Shown piece after piece: positions 10,250 to 19,665 of a stretch of DNA of 64,000 nt (its first letter is position 1; every line of letters begins with the position of its first letter). Location of the stretch: positions 4,992,001 through 5,056,000 of the forward strand of contig CP181291.1 in NCBI GenBank assembly GCA_052279835.1. Direction: 5' to 3'. This stretch comes from Microcoleus sp. Lineage in GTDB: Bacteria > Cyanobacteriota > Cyanobacteriia > Cyanobacteriales > Microcoleaceae. A program made the translations under genes and the position numbers. The notes below the pieces were generated by a model. That model saw nothing but the letters and a program-made list of their open reading frames with translations, made no database searches and was not told the origin of the DNA.

Positions 10250-12157
10250 TTATTCTGCCGCCATATTCAAATCATAGGAAATAGGCTGTGAGGATTTAGA
10301 AACTACCACGAATTCATAATAACCAGCATCATCCAACAATCCTGACCAACTCAGTCCCTCTGCATCTTCTAGCAAAGCTCGCGACTTGTTTGTCCGCCCC
10401 GGAGTATAAATTGAGAGCAGAGTAGATTTAGGGGGAGCTTGCAAATTTACTCGCAGAGTTTGATTTTGAGCTAGTCTGGCTATGTAAGCTTTCCCTTCTC
10501 CTGGTTTGAGATTGCCTTTGAGGGTTTTTTGGGAAGCTCGGTTTTCAAATTCAACGCTTTCGATAGTTGCTCCTGCTTGTAAGGCTGCGAGGGCATCTGC
10601 TGTAATTGCTTGCCAAATTTGTCCGATCGCCAAACCAATTATATTACGATCGCGCGGTTGTTCTGGAAACAGATAGAAAAACTTAGCATCAGCCAAATCA
10701 TAAAGCGCCCGACTGCTCAAATTGATCTTGTTGACTTCTACTTTCCAGGTACTGATATCGGTGGTGTCGTAACTGCCTAACTTCTTTCTAGCGTTACTGC
10801 TGATATTTTCCAATTTGTCAAGTAATTCGTCACCGATTTTTTGCCACCTTTCTCGCCAAGTGCGATCGCCCTCACCTTCTTTTAGCAGCCGTCCGCCCAA
10901 TTCCGGGTATTTGGCATAGAAAGTCTCGTCCACAAGACTCACGTAACCATTATAAAATCTATCGTCTATTTCTAGTTTTTGAAAGCGATCGCGCAAAGCA
11001 TCTTCCTGCTGCTGCTTTGGGCCCGTAGCTACGGGAATTTTCTGCACTTTAGATTGCAGATTTAGCAAATAATTACCCGCAAACCAGCCCAATCCTCCCA
11101 TACTTGACAAAACTGCTACCACCAGTAACACCATTTTCCAAGCAGGCAACTTTTCCTGACTGCGAATATTAGTCATGGAAACCGGAACTCCCGGCAGTTT
11201 CGGGGGCACGATAGGTATGGGCTGTAACTCCGGTGGCGCTTGGGTGGGCGGAAAGGTTGATGTTGGTGTCGGTTGTGAGTGAGGCCAGGAAGCCGGATTG
11301 CCAGAGAGAGCCTGCATTACCTCGCGAGCCGAGGAATAGCGATCGCTAGGCCCGTGAGCGAGCATTTTATCCAACACTAGAGCCAAATTGGGAGACACAG
11401 AACATTCCGATCGCCAATGCCAATTCAGGGTATGGCTGTCGAGCAACTGATGGGGTTCTTTCCCTGTCAGCAATACCAAAACCGTTGCTGCCAAAGCGTA
11501 CAAATCGCTGTGGGGATACACAATGCCCATCTGCATCTGTTCGGCGGGGGCGTAGCCGAGTTTACCGATGCGAGTGGCGGGGGCGGGAGTGCTGTTAGTC
11601 TCAGCAAACAGAGACTCTGCGGTGGCCGCGACTTGTTTGACTCCCCCGAAGTCGATGAGTACGGGCATCCCGTCAGACAGTCGCAGAATCAGGTTATCTG
11701 GGGAGATGTCGCGGTGAATGACTCCCAGAGAGTGAGTATATTCCAGCACTGGCAAAAGCTGGATTAGCAGTTGGTTGACTTCGGCTTCTATGAAGCGCAA
11801 ACCCTGACGTTTGCGGGCATCTAGCAGAAAACGGTAGGTTTGACCTGGTACGTAGTCTTGGACTAGAAATAGGTAGCCTCGATCGCTAATATTCACCCGA
11901 AACAGTTCGCGGAAGTTGGGAATTTGGTTGTGTTTGAGCTTGTAGAGCACTCCGGCTTCCCGCTCAAAGAGTTCCTCGGATTTCTGTAAAGCGTAACTCC
12001 CCTGTACTTGGGGCGCAAATTCTTTTAAAACACAGGGCTCGTTAAATCGGTGAGCATCTTCAGCGAGGTAGGTGCGCCCAAAGCCACCATGTCCCAATTC
12101 GCGGACAATGCGGTAGTGGTTGCCTAGAGTAATGCCGGGATAGATAGGATTAGTCAT
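10250..12157 (-). CDS. Membrane-anchored Ser/Thr protein kinase (Hanks type)
   Basis: LGHGGFGRTY, VLKEF, IHRDISPDN and DFG motifs; Pro-rich linker; one TM helix; extracytoplasmic domain. Start set at MTNPIY because the longer ORF runs into the IS left end. Confidence 0.93.
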   Translation of the reverse strand: MTNPIYPGITLGNHYRIVRELGHGGFGRTYLAEDAHRFNEPCVLKEFAPQVQGSYALQKSEELFEREAGVLYKLKHNQIPNFRELFRVNISDRGYLFLVQDYVPGQTYRFLLDARKRQGLRFIEAEVNQLLIQLLPVLEYTHSLGVIHRDISPDNLILRLSDGMPVLIDFGGVKQVAATAESLFAETNSTPAPATRIGKLGYAPAEQMQMGIVYPHSDLYALAATVLVLLTGKEPHQLLDSHTLNWHWRSECSVSPNLALVLDKMLAHGPSDRYSSAREVMQALSGNPASWPHSQPTPTSTFPPTQAPPELQPIPIVPPKLPGVPVSMTNIRSQEKLPAWKMVLLVVAVLSSMGGLGWFAGNYLLNLQSKVQKIPVATGPKQQQEDALRDRFQKLEIDDRFYNGYVSLVDETFYAKYPELGGRLLKEGEGDRTWRERWQKIGDELLDKLENISSNARKKLGSYDTTDISTWKVEVNKINLSSRALYDLADAKFFYLFPEQPRDRNIIGLAIGQIWQAITADALAALQAGATIESVEFENRASQKTLKGNLKPGEGKAYIARLAQNQTLRVNLQAPPKSTLLSIYTPGRTNKSRALLEDAEGLSWSGLLDDAGYYEFVVVSKSSQPISYDLNMAAE

Positions 12158-12183
12158 TGGAACTTGTTGCGTCGGATTTTGAC

Positions 12184-13499
12184 CAAAAAAATGGGATTCA
12201 AGCCCCGTCCTTCGCTTGACGGCTTTATTTATGCTACAATAGTTGCCGTAGAATTGTTCCACGTCAAGTGATTGTCTTAGAATTCAAGGCGAAAGGAAAA
12301 ACAACTCAATATTCGGCGATAGACGAGGCGATTAGAACCGCTCAATTTGTCAGCAACAAATGCATCCGATTCTGGATGGATAATCGTGGTGTAGGACAGA
12401 AGGAACTATATCGCCATAACACTAAGCTGAGGGCAGAGTTTCCCTTTGTAAATGCCTTGAACTCTCATGCCTGCCAAGTTGCGGTTGAGCGTGCCTATTC
12501 TGCCATCGCTCGGTTTTACGAGAATTGTAAAAAGGCAATTCCTGGAAAGAAAGGTTATCCTATGTTCAAGAAGAATTGTCGCTCAGTTGAGTACAAGACT
12601 TCAGGCTGGAAGCTTTCCGAGGACAGACGTACAATCAGCTTCATCGACAAGAAAGGCATTGGTAGACTAAAACTCAAAGGAACGTGGGACTTACATTTCT
12701 ACCAGTTAGACCAGATAAAACGAGTCAGGTTAGTACGTCGGGCTGATGGCTACTACGTTCAGTTTCTGATTAGGAATGAGCACCAAGCAGTAGCTGCTCA
12801 ACCAACTGGTAAAACTGTTGGTTTGGATGTAGGGCTTAAAGAGTTCTACACCGACAGCAACGGTCAAAGCGAACCTAATCCCAAGTTTTATCGAACCAAC
12901 GAGAAGCGGTTGAAGTTTAGACAACGCCGTGTTTCTCGTAAAAAGAAAGGCTCTGCCAATCGCCAGAAAGCCATTAATAGACTAGGGCGAGTACACCTCA
13001 AAATAAGTAGGCAACGTGAAGAACACGCTAAGAGAGTGGCGCGTTGCGTAATCCAATCTAACGATTTGGTCGCCTATGAAAATTTGAGGATTAAAAACTT
13101 GGTAAAGAATCATTGTCTCGCCAAATCTATCAATGATGCAGGTTGGTATCAGTTCAGGAAGTGGTTAGAGTATTTTGGAAAGAAGTTAGGTAAGATAACT
13201 GTTGCAGTTAACCCAGCCTACACGTCCCAAGAATGCTCATGCTGTCACACGGTGGTGAAAAAGTCTCTATCAACGAGAACTCACGTTTGTCGATGTGGGC
13301 TGGTTCTAGACCGAGACTGGAATGCGGCACTTAACATTCTGAGCTTAGCCTTGAGTACCACAGGGCATGTGGGAACTTGGGTCAAAGACCCCAACGCTTC
13401 GGGAGATTCGACCTCTACTTTGATTGGAGTAATCCAGTCTGAGCAAGTTGGGGTCTGTGAACGAAGAATCCCCGTCCTTCTAGGACGGGCGAGTGTCAA
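12184..13499 (+). mobile_element. IS200/IS605-family tnpB-only (IS1341-type) element
   Basis: TTGAC target motif at 12179-12183. Left end CAAAAAAATGGGATTCAAGCCCCGTCCTTC...GACGG. Right end CCCCGTCCTTCTAGGACGGGCGAGTGTCAA ends in TCAA at 13499. No tnpA inside. Confidence 0.88.
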
Positions 13500-13560
13500 A
13501 TTAATCAAGACATACTCGTCGATAGACGAGCTTTATGGGCAAGTCGGTGTTGTCAGTTGA
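12268..13560 (+). CDS. tnpB: RNA-guided endonuclease TnpB
   Basis: RuvC-I GLDVGLK, RuvC-II VAYENL, Zn ribbon CSCC...CRCG and RuvC-III DRDWNAA. The ORF reads through the element right end. Confidence 0.95.
   Translation: MIVLEFKAKGKTTQYSAIDEAIRTAQFVSNKCIRFWMDNRGVGQKELYRHNTKLRAEFPFVNALNSHACQVAVERAYSAIARFYENCKKAIPGKKGYPMFKKNCRSVEYKTSGWKLSEDRRTISFIDKKGIGRLKLKGTWDLHFYQLDQIKRVRLVRRADGYYVQFLIRNEHQAVAAQPTGKTVGLDVGLKEFYTDSNGQSEPNPKFYRTNEKRLKFRQRRVSRKKKGSANRQKAINRLGRVHLKISRQREEHAKRVARCVIQSNDLVAYENLRIKNLVKNHCLAKSINDAGWYQFRKWLEYFGKKLGKITVAVNPAYTSQECSCCHTVVKKSLSTRTHVCRCGLVLDRDWNAALNILSLALSTTGHVGTWVKDPNASGDSTSTLIGVIQSEQVGVCERRIPVLLGRASVKLIKTYSSIDELYGQVGVVS
13350..13520 (+). ncRNA. Predicted TnpB omega/reRNA (scaffold overlapping tnpB 3' end; guide from flank starting 13500)
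   Basis: Inferred from established TnpB biology: the reRNA ends at the right-end TCAA and the following flank (ATTAATCAAGACATACTCG...) is the guide. The 5' boundary is a guess. Confidence 0.55.
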
Positions 13561-13728
13561 GCAGTTCTGATATTTTGATAGGATGTGCGATCGAGGGCAA
13601 GAAACTCAAGAAAGTGAGAAGTCTGAAGCAAAGGCTGCATCGATAGAGGCAGAAAGCAATTTTGTCAACAGCTTGGTGATGGGCTTGCAGTATAGTGAAA
13701 AAAATCCGATTCAATTCGAGGGTTGTTA

Positions 13729-15618
13729 ATGAATTTTTTATCCCTACCAAAATGGTTGCTGCACTCGACAGCAGTTGCCGTTTTAGCTGCTGTCTATTAC
13801 AGCACCGCTGAATTGGGACGATTTTTGGCATCCACCCCGGACAATGTGACTCCCGTTTGGCCTCCTGACGGATTCGCTTTAGCAGCCGTCCTGTTAGTAG
13901 GATATCGCGTTTGGCCTGGAATTTGGATCGGTTCATTTTTTGCCAATATTTGGGCTTTTTTGGACAAAACAAATCCAACTTCTGTGGCTATTTCCATCGC
14001 CATTGCTTCTAGCATCGCCGTGGGAACTAGCGGATCGGCAATTTTAGGCAGTTTCCTGCTACATAAGTTTGTCGGAAGTCGCCATCTGTTCGATCGCCCC
14101 CAAAGTGTGTTCAGATTTGTCATTATGGGGGGAATGTGTGGGCCCATTGTCAGTGCCACAGTCGGTATTACCACTCTCTATTTGCGAGGTATCGTCCCTC
14201 TGGAAAATTGGGGAACTAACTGGTTTACATGGTGGATGTCTAATGTAGGCGGGATTTTGATTTTTACACCTCTGTTGTTAATCTGGAGTCCACTACTTTT
14301 AGAGCTTATTCAGGAATTGTTTGAATTCGGCAATGCCCAAATCCAGCAAAAATACTACCGGAAATTTAAACATTTTAAATCTCTGTCATTTCAGTTACAA
14401 CAGGCTGAATTTATTCTCTTAATCGTGCTGGTATGTGCCGTCGGTAAAGTTGCTTTTGGTGGTGGCTATCCGGTGGAGTATATGATGATTCCTTTTATCC
14501 TATGGGCAGTATTTCGTTTTGACATCAAAGGGTCAACATTATTAATATTTATTGTTGCGGCCATTGCTGTTTTAGGAACAGTTAAAGGTGGCGGACCGTT
14601 TGTACGTCCCGATCTGAATGAATCTCTGGTGTTATTGCAGTCTTTTATCGGCGTTGTGGTACTGACTAATTTAATGCTGTATGCTGCGATCGCACAACGG
14701 CAGCAAGTAGAGGATCGGTTACGAGTTCAAAGTCAAAAGCTGAAAAAAACCTTACTAGACTTACAGCAGGCACAAGCTCAATTAATCCACAACGAAAAAA
14801 TGTCTAGTTTGGGACAATTAGTGGCGGGAGTTGCTCACGAAATCAATAACCCGATTACTTTTATCAGTGGAAATTTAGCTCACGCTAATCGATATACTCA
14901 AGAGTTACTAGAGCTGGTTAAATTGTATCAAAATTTTTATCCTCAACCAGCCCCAGAAATTCAAAACGCCATAGAAGAAGTGGATCTAGAGTTTGCGATG
15001 AAAGATTTGCAGAAAGTTTTAGCTTCTATGAAAAAAGGAACAAACAGAATTCAAAATATAGTCTTATCTTTGCGTAATTTTTCCCGGATGGACGAGTCGG
15101 AAGTCAAGATAGTAGACATTCATGAGGGATTGGATAGTACCCTCATGATTTTGGATAACCGCTTGCAATCTAATCCCGGAAATTTTAGCATTCAAGTGAT
15201 TAAAGAATATAGTAGTTTGCCAGAAATAGAATGTTATGTTTCTGAGTTAAATCAAGTGTTTATGAATATACTTGTTAATGCGATCGATGCTTTGGCAGAC
15301 AAACGGATGAAAAGAGACCTGAAGGATGGGGAAACTTTGCCTTGCATCAAAATTACCACAAATATTTTAGATAGTAAATATGTAGCTGTTAGTATTTTGG
15401 ACAATGGAATGGGAATTATGAAAGCATTTCAAAATCAAATTTTCGATCCTTTTTTTACGACTAAGCCTGTGGGAGAAGGCACGGGTTTAGGATTGTATAT
15501 TTGTCATCAAATAGTTGTCCAAAAACATGGAGGTAAACTAAAATGTATTTCACGAGAAAATCACAGTACCGAATTTATCATAGAACTGCCTATCGGCGAT
15601 AATCAAGACTTAAATTGA
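13729..15618 (+). CDS. MASE1-domain sensor histidine kinase
   Basis: Multi-TM N-terminus with TPVWPPDG (MASE1); LGQLVAGVAHEINNP H-box; NQVFMNILVNA, DNGMG, FFTTKPVGEGTGLGL. Confidence 0.93.
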   Translation: MNFLSLPKWLLHSTAVAVLAAVYYSTAELGRFLASTPDNVTPVWPPDGFALAAVLLVGYRVWPGIWIGSFFANIWAFLDKTNPTSVAISIAIASSIAVGTSGSAILGSFLLHKFVGSRHLFDRPQSVFRFVIMGGMCGPIVSATVGITTLYLRGIVPLENWGTNWFTWWMSNVGGILIFTPLLLIWSPLLLELIQELFEFGNAQIQQKYYRKFKHFKSLSFQLQQAEFILLIVLVCAVGKVAFGGGYPVEYMMIPFILWAVFRFDIKGSTLLIFIVAAIAVLGTVKGGGPFVRPDLNESLVLLQSFIGVVVLTNLMLYAAIAQRQQVEDRLRVQSQKLKKTLLDLQQAQAQLIHNEKMSSLGQLVAGVAHEINNPITFISGNLAHANRYTQELLELVKLYQNFYPQPAPEIQNAIEEVDLEFAMKDLQKVLASMKKGTNRIQNIVLSLRNFSRMDESEVKIVDIHEGLDSTLMILDNRLQSNPGNFSIQVIKEYSSLPEIECYVSELNQVFMNILVNAIDALADKRMKRDLKDGETLPCIKITTNILDSKYVAVSILDNGMGIMKAFQNQIFDPFFTTKPVGEGTGLGLYICHQIVVQKHGGKLKCISRENHSTEFIIELPIGDNQDLN

Positions 15619-15685
15619 GCGCTAGGAAAAACTTGATTAAATCGAAATTTTGCTAAAAATAAATGTGTATTTTTAGGAGGGACAA

Positions 15686-17248
15686 ATGCAGGAAGAACAG
15701 CGTCAACGAGCTGAGAAAGCATATCAAGAGTTTTGGAACACAGCCCTGGAAAAACGATTGCAACAGCAGCAGGAAGCTTCTCCTGAAACAGTTGAGATTC
15801 CCTGGGGAATAGCTGCGCTTCAGGCACTTTTTCAAAACGTCGCTGTAACTGTTCCCGCTTACCAGAGTTTTTTAGCTGAACATAACATTAATCCTGCTGA
15901 AATTCAAACCTTTGAAGACTTCCAAAAATTGCCACTAATTACGAAAGACAATTATTTGCGCACTCACCGACTAGCTGAGTTGTGTCGTGGTGGTAAATTA
16001 GAAACTTGCGATTTCATTGCTGTTTCCTCCGGTTCCACAGGAAAACCCACTTTTTGGCCGCGCTTCCTCAGCGATGAGTTGCAAATTGCTACTCGCTTTG
16101 AACAAATATTTTATGACAGTTTTTACGCCGATACTCGCTCAACTTTAGCTGTGATTTGCTTTGCGTTGGGGACTTGGGTTGGGGGAATGTATACCGCCAA
16201 TTGTTGCCGCCATTTAGCGAGTAAAGGTTATCCAGTGACGGTGGTGACACCGGGAAATAATAAAACCGAAATATTGCGGGTTGTGCAGGAACTTGGAGCG
16301 GATTTTGAGCAAGTGGTATTGTTAGGATATCCACCCTTTATTAAGGATGTCATTGATAGTGGCATTGCTGCGGGTGTGGAGTGGGAAAAATATGGAATTA
16401 AGATGGTGTTTGCGGGGGAAGTTTTTAGCGAAGAATGGCGGAGTTTGGTTAGCGATCGCACTCATTCTCCCACTCTATATTACAACTCTGCTAGCCTTTA
16501 CGGCACTGCCGATGCAGGAGTTTTAGCTAACGAGACACCGCTGAGTATTTGCATACGCCGTTTTTTAGCAAATAATCCTGAAGCTGCACGCAATTTATTT
16601 GGAGAATCGCGGTTGCCCAGCTTGATGCAGTACGAGCCGAACAGTCGCTTTTTTGAAGTGAATGATGATGGTACATTGCTATTTTCTGGAGACAATGGCA
16701 TCCCATTAATACGTTATCATATTTCTGACAATGGTGGCTTAATTTCTTATGAAGCAATGCTCGATTTTTTAGCAGCATGGGGATTTAACCCTGGGGAACA
16801 TTTGCAAGCAGCAGCAGCTTTAAATTTATTGCCAAATTCAGATTTTCCTAGAGGGATTCGAGGGCTACCCTTTGTCTATGTATTTGGGCGATCGCACTTT
16901 ACGGTTTCCTACTTCGGTGCTAACATTTACCCAGAAAATGTCACCGTCGGTTTAGAGGTTCCCACCATTCGGGAATGGGTTACAGGAAAGTTTGTGCTGC
17001 AAGTTAGGGAGGATTCCGATCGAAATCGGTTTTTATCTGTGGTTGTGGAATTAGCACCGGGGGTGGATGGTGATGAGGAGAAACAAAAGGCGATCGCATC
17101 TTCTATTCTCTCACAATTGCGGCGGCTAAACAGCGAATTTGCCAACTATGTACCGCCAGAATATCAGTTACCTATGGTGACGCTAACTGCGACGGGGGAT
17201 GCGGAGTATTTTCCTGTGGGTGTGAAGCATCGATATACTCGGCACTAA
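15686..17248 (+). CDS. Phenylacetate--CoA ligase (PaaK)-family adenylate-forming enzyme
   Basis: VPAY, KLPLITK, SSGSTGKP, FAGE, YGTAD, PLIRYHISD and VFGR motifs; AGGAGG RBS. Substrate unknown. Confidence 0.88.
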   Translation: MQEEQRQRAEKAYQEFWNTALEKRLQQQQEASPETVEIPWGIAALQALFQNVAVTVPAYQSFLAEHNINPAEIQTFEDFQKLPLITKDNYLRTHRLAELCRGGKLETCDFIAVSSGSTGKPTFWPRFLSDELQIATRFEQIFYDSFYADTRSTLAVICFALGTWVGGMYTANCCRHLASKGYPVTVVTPGNNKTEILRVVQELGADFEQVVLLGYPPFIKDVIDSGIAAGVEWEKYGIKMVFAGEVFSEEWRSLVSDRTHSPTLYYNSASLYGTADAGVLANETPLSICIRRFLANNPEAARNLFGESRLPSLMQYEPNSRFFEVNDDGTLLFSGDNGIPLIRYHISDNGGLISYEAMLDFLAAWGFNPGEHLQAAAALNLLPNSDFPRGIRGLPFVYVFGRSHFTVSYFGANIYPENVTVGLEVPTIREWVTGKFVLQVREDSDRNRFLSVVVELAPGVDGDEEKQKAIASSILSQLRRLNSEFANYVPPEYQLPMVTLTATGDAEYFPVGVKHRYTRH

Positions 17249-17340
17249 GAGGTTGTGACTCTATTTTAGCAATGTTTTAAGATCTGTGTTAAATACCCGA
17301 ATTATTTAAGCAATTCGGGTAGGTTGCTATTCCCTCGATT

Positions 17341-18399
17341 TTATTTACCGTCAATCTGTTTGAGAGCCGCCAGAATTTCTGGTCGTTTCATCCGTGCATA
17401 ACCGCGCAATTTCCGCTCTTTGCCGATCGCCTTCAAGCGTCTGAGGGAGAGACTGTCGTAGTCTTCTGGCGGCGATTGCAACTGCGGTAATTGTGGCAAA
17501 AACGGTTTTTTTGGCTGTGTCTTCGACTTAGTTTTGGGCTTAGTCTCTGGTTGTATTCCAGAGTTGTGGGCGGTGGCTCCAAGTTGGCGACGGAGCCTTG
17601 CAATTTGATTTTTTAGGTCGGATTCTAGGTCTGTAATTGCCTCCGACACAAACTGATTAATTGTTTTGACGGTGAACTCTAATTTAATTGACAGCAATTT
17701 CTCGAATTCATCCAACAGTGTTAACGCACCTTCAAGATTCATCTCATCCATAGCAGAAGATGTGGGAGGAATATTGCTGCCCGATTGCTCAATTTTTTTA
17801 GCCAATTTATCTACCTTTTTGTTAAATGCTTGTTCAATTTCTGCGATTACAATCCTAATCTGTTCTATTTTGTCACCCTCTAACTTCTGCTCAGTTAGAG
17901 CTTTTACTTGTTTTTTGAGTAGGTCTTCATTTTTTTTTATTGATTGTTCTATTTGTTTTGTTAGACTCTCTACTTTTTTTTGAAATGATAGCTCAAATTG
18001 TTGCAGTAGACTCTCAATTTGGGCTGTTTTTTGAGTTGGCTGTGGAGCTAAAAGTTGCATTTCTGTTTGAGCAGCAGCTACTTCCTCATCGGTCATTTCA
18101 AAAACCCAAGCCCACATTTGTGCGAGGCCAATTTCTTTAGCAACCATGCACCAATCAGCGCCGCAGACAACTTCGTATTCTTCTTCGTTGCTGTAAGCTT
18201 CTGTGGGGCGTACAATTAAAGGCATCAAGTTGCTCCCTTGCTCAATTAGACTTCTTCTGAGAGCTTCGCGGCGATCGCGTATAATTTCCTTTCGCAGAGA
18301 ATCAGGTATCGCAATTTGGGAAGTGTAAATTTGACTATGACTAATTGGCTTAATCCGCAAATATTCAATTATTCGGTTTTGATCTTGCGATCGATCCAT
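17341..18399 (-). CDS. ParB-like N-terminal domain + coiled coil + Rho-N/HeH-like C-terminal domain protein
   Basis: LRRSLIEQGSNLMPLIVR...YEVVCG resembles ParB/Srx but lacks GxRR. The C-terminal DYDSLSLRRLKAIGKERKLRGYARMKRPEILAAL is Rho_N-like. Start at the MDRSQ ATG. Confidence 0.75.
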   Translation of the reverse strand: MDRSQDQNRIIEYLRIKPISHSQIYTSQIAIPDSLRKEIIRDRREALRRSLIEQGSNLMPLIVRPTEAYSNEEEYEVVCGADWCMVAKEIGLAQMWAWVFEMTDEEVAAAQTEMQLLAPQPTQKTAQIESLLQQFELSFQKKVESLTKQIEQSIKKNEDLLKKQVKALTEQKLEGDKIEQIRIVIAEIEQAFNKKVDKLAKKIEQSGSNIPPTSSAMDEMNLEGALTLLDEFEKLLSIKLEFTVKTINQFVSEAITDLESDLKNQIARLRRQLGATAHNSGIQPETKPKTKSKTQPKKPFLPQLPQLQSPPEDYDSLSLRRLKAIGKERKLRGYARMKRPEILAALKQIDGK

Positions 18400-18672
18400 C
18401 TTGTTAAAAACCCCTTTTTTTATAAAAATTAGGTGTTTTAGGGATTTATGTATATCTACGCGGCTTCCGTGGGGCGACATCCCTGGCGATCCTCTTCGAG
18501 GGCTTCGCTAACGACAAAAGTTACTGCAATTCCTAAAACAAGCGACTGTGATGAGTTTAACTGGCTGGGGGACACCAATGATACATTGCTTAACTCATCT
18601 TTACTTTTTTTGGTGTGGAGCCTCACTGGGCTAACGTTCCCAGTGGGCACAGAGCGTGTTTTATTGACCCGG

Positions 18673-18753
18673 AGATCCCCCCTAGCCCCCCTTAACAAGG
18701 GGGGAACAAGAGCATTCAAAGTCTCCCTTATTAAGGGGGATTTAGGGGGATCT
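18673..18753. repeat. Cyanobacterial intergenic palindromic repeat (MITE/REP-like)
   Basis: AGATCCCCCCTAGCCCCCCTTAACAAGGGGGGA...CCCTTATTAAGGGGGATTTAGGGGGATCT with inverted ends. Confidence 0.8.
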
Positions 18754-18798
18754 GAACCTAATTGGAAAGGCAAGAAAACACGCTACAGGAATTGCGAG

Positions 18799-19665
18799 TT
18801 ATGAGTATTTGTGCCACTTATCAATTATTTTAATCATGGTTTTGTCGGTTAACCCTTTAACACGTTCCACCACATTTGCAAAGGACAGAAATGGCCGCAC
18901 ATCTCGCTCTTTGAGGATTATTTGAATTACTGGAAGCTTCAATCCCGCATCTTTCAAAGTCGTCGATAATTGAATTTTATCAAGAGTATTGAGTGCTTCC
19001 AACAGTGACATTGATTCCGAAATTACGGGTGGCGACGGTGTTTTTACATCATCAATACTGTTGGCTAGCCCACCTTCAATCAACTGATTTACTTGTTGTA
19101 AAATTCGGTTTTCTAATTCTTGTATACTCTGGGCATACTCGGATTTTAATTCCTTAATTTTGTTTTCTAGCTGGGCTTCAATATTTATTAGCCGTTGTTC
19201 TAAAGTGGATGATGATTGAGGAGTTTCATTGTCACAGGGCGGATCGACTTCGACCACAGAAACCGGGTTTTTGATTGAATCTGCGGGCTGCGATGAAGTA
19301 TTTTCGTATAAAAACCCGGTTTCTGGCTTCTCCACTACATCTTCAGTTATTGTACATTTTCTCAGCGCTTGAACTTGCTCTAGCAGAAGTTCTTCATTTT
19401 CTGGTTCCAGAATAAATGCTCCGATTGTCTCGCCTTTTAAAGGGTTAATTTCCCTGGCTTTCGCCGCCGCATAGTATTCAAAGTCTCCGTCTACTATCTC
19501 GTAGGCGTCCATCCCGTTGCGCCGGAGAATTATGGGGTTGATCAATCCTCCTAATTCTAAAATTAGTTGCGCCACTTTTTCCAAATCGCGATCGGCAAAA
19601 TTGTCACGGGGAACTGTGGATGTAATCTTTTTTACTGCTACCAACGACGGGGATAATTTTTGCAT
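18799..19665 (-). CDS. ParB-like N-terminal domain protein with C-terminal HhH (ComEA-like) domain
   Basis: ILELGGLINPIILRR...YEIVDGDFEYYAA is a ParB-like fold with a degenerate Arg patch. The C-terminus IILKERDVRPFLSFANVVERVKGL is HhH-like. Confidence 0.78.
   Translation of the reverse strand: MQKLSPSLVAVKKITSTVPRDNFADRDLEKVAQLILELGGLINPIILRRNGMDAYEIVDGDFEYYAAAKAREINPLKGETIGAFILEPENEELLLEQVQALRKCTITEDVVEKPETGFLYENTSSQPADSIKNPVSVVEVDPPCDNETPQSSSTLEQRLINIEAQLENKIKELKSEYAQSIQELENRILQQVNQLIEGGLANSIDDVKTPSPPVISESMSLLEALNTLDKIQLSTTLKDAGLKLPVIQIILKERDVRPFLSFANVVERVKGLTDKTMIKIIDKWHKYS

Noticed and set aside
12158..12262. N-terminal extension of the Ser/Thr kinase in the ORF track
   Set aside because: The extension mostly lies in the IS left end; the ATG at 12157 fits the kinase domain start.
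17293..17320. TACCCGAATT-N8-AATTCGGGTA palindrome as a parS site
   Set aside because: Single copy, unlike the canonical parS consensus, and located between convergent genes where a terminator or REP is more likely.
18448..18804. ORFs 18456-18773 (-) and 18448-18804 (+) as a fourth gene of the ParA/ParB operon
   Set aside because: Both run through the palindromic repeat (PPKSPL..PPL..G translation). I cannot support them, although a small ORF remnant is not excluded.
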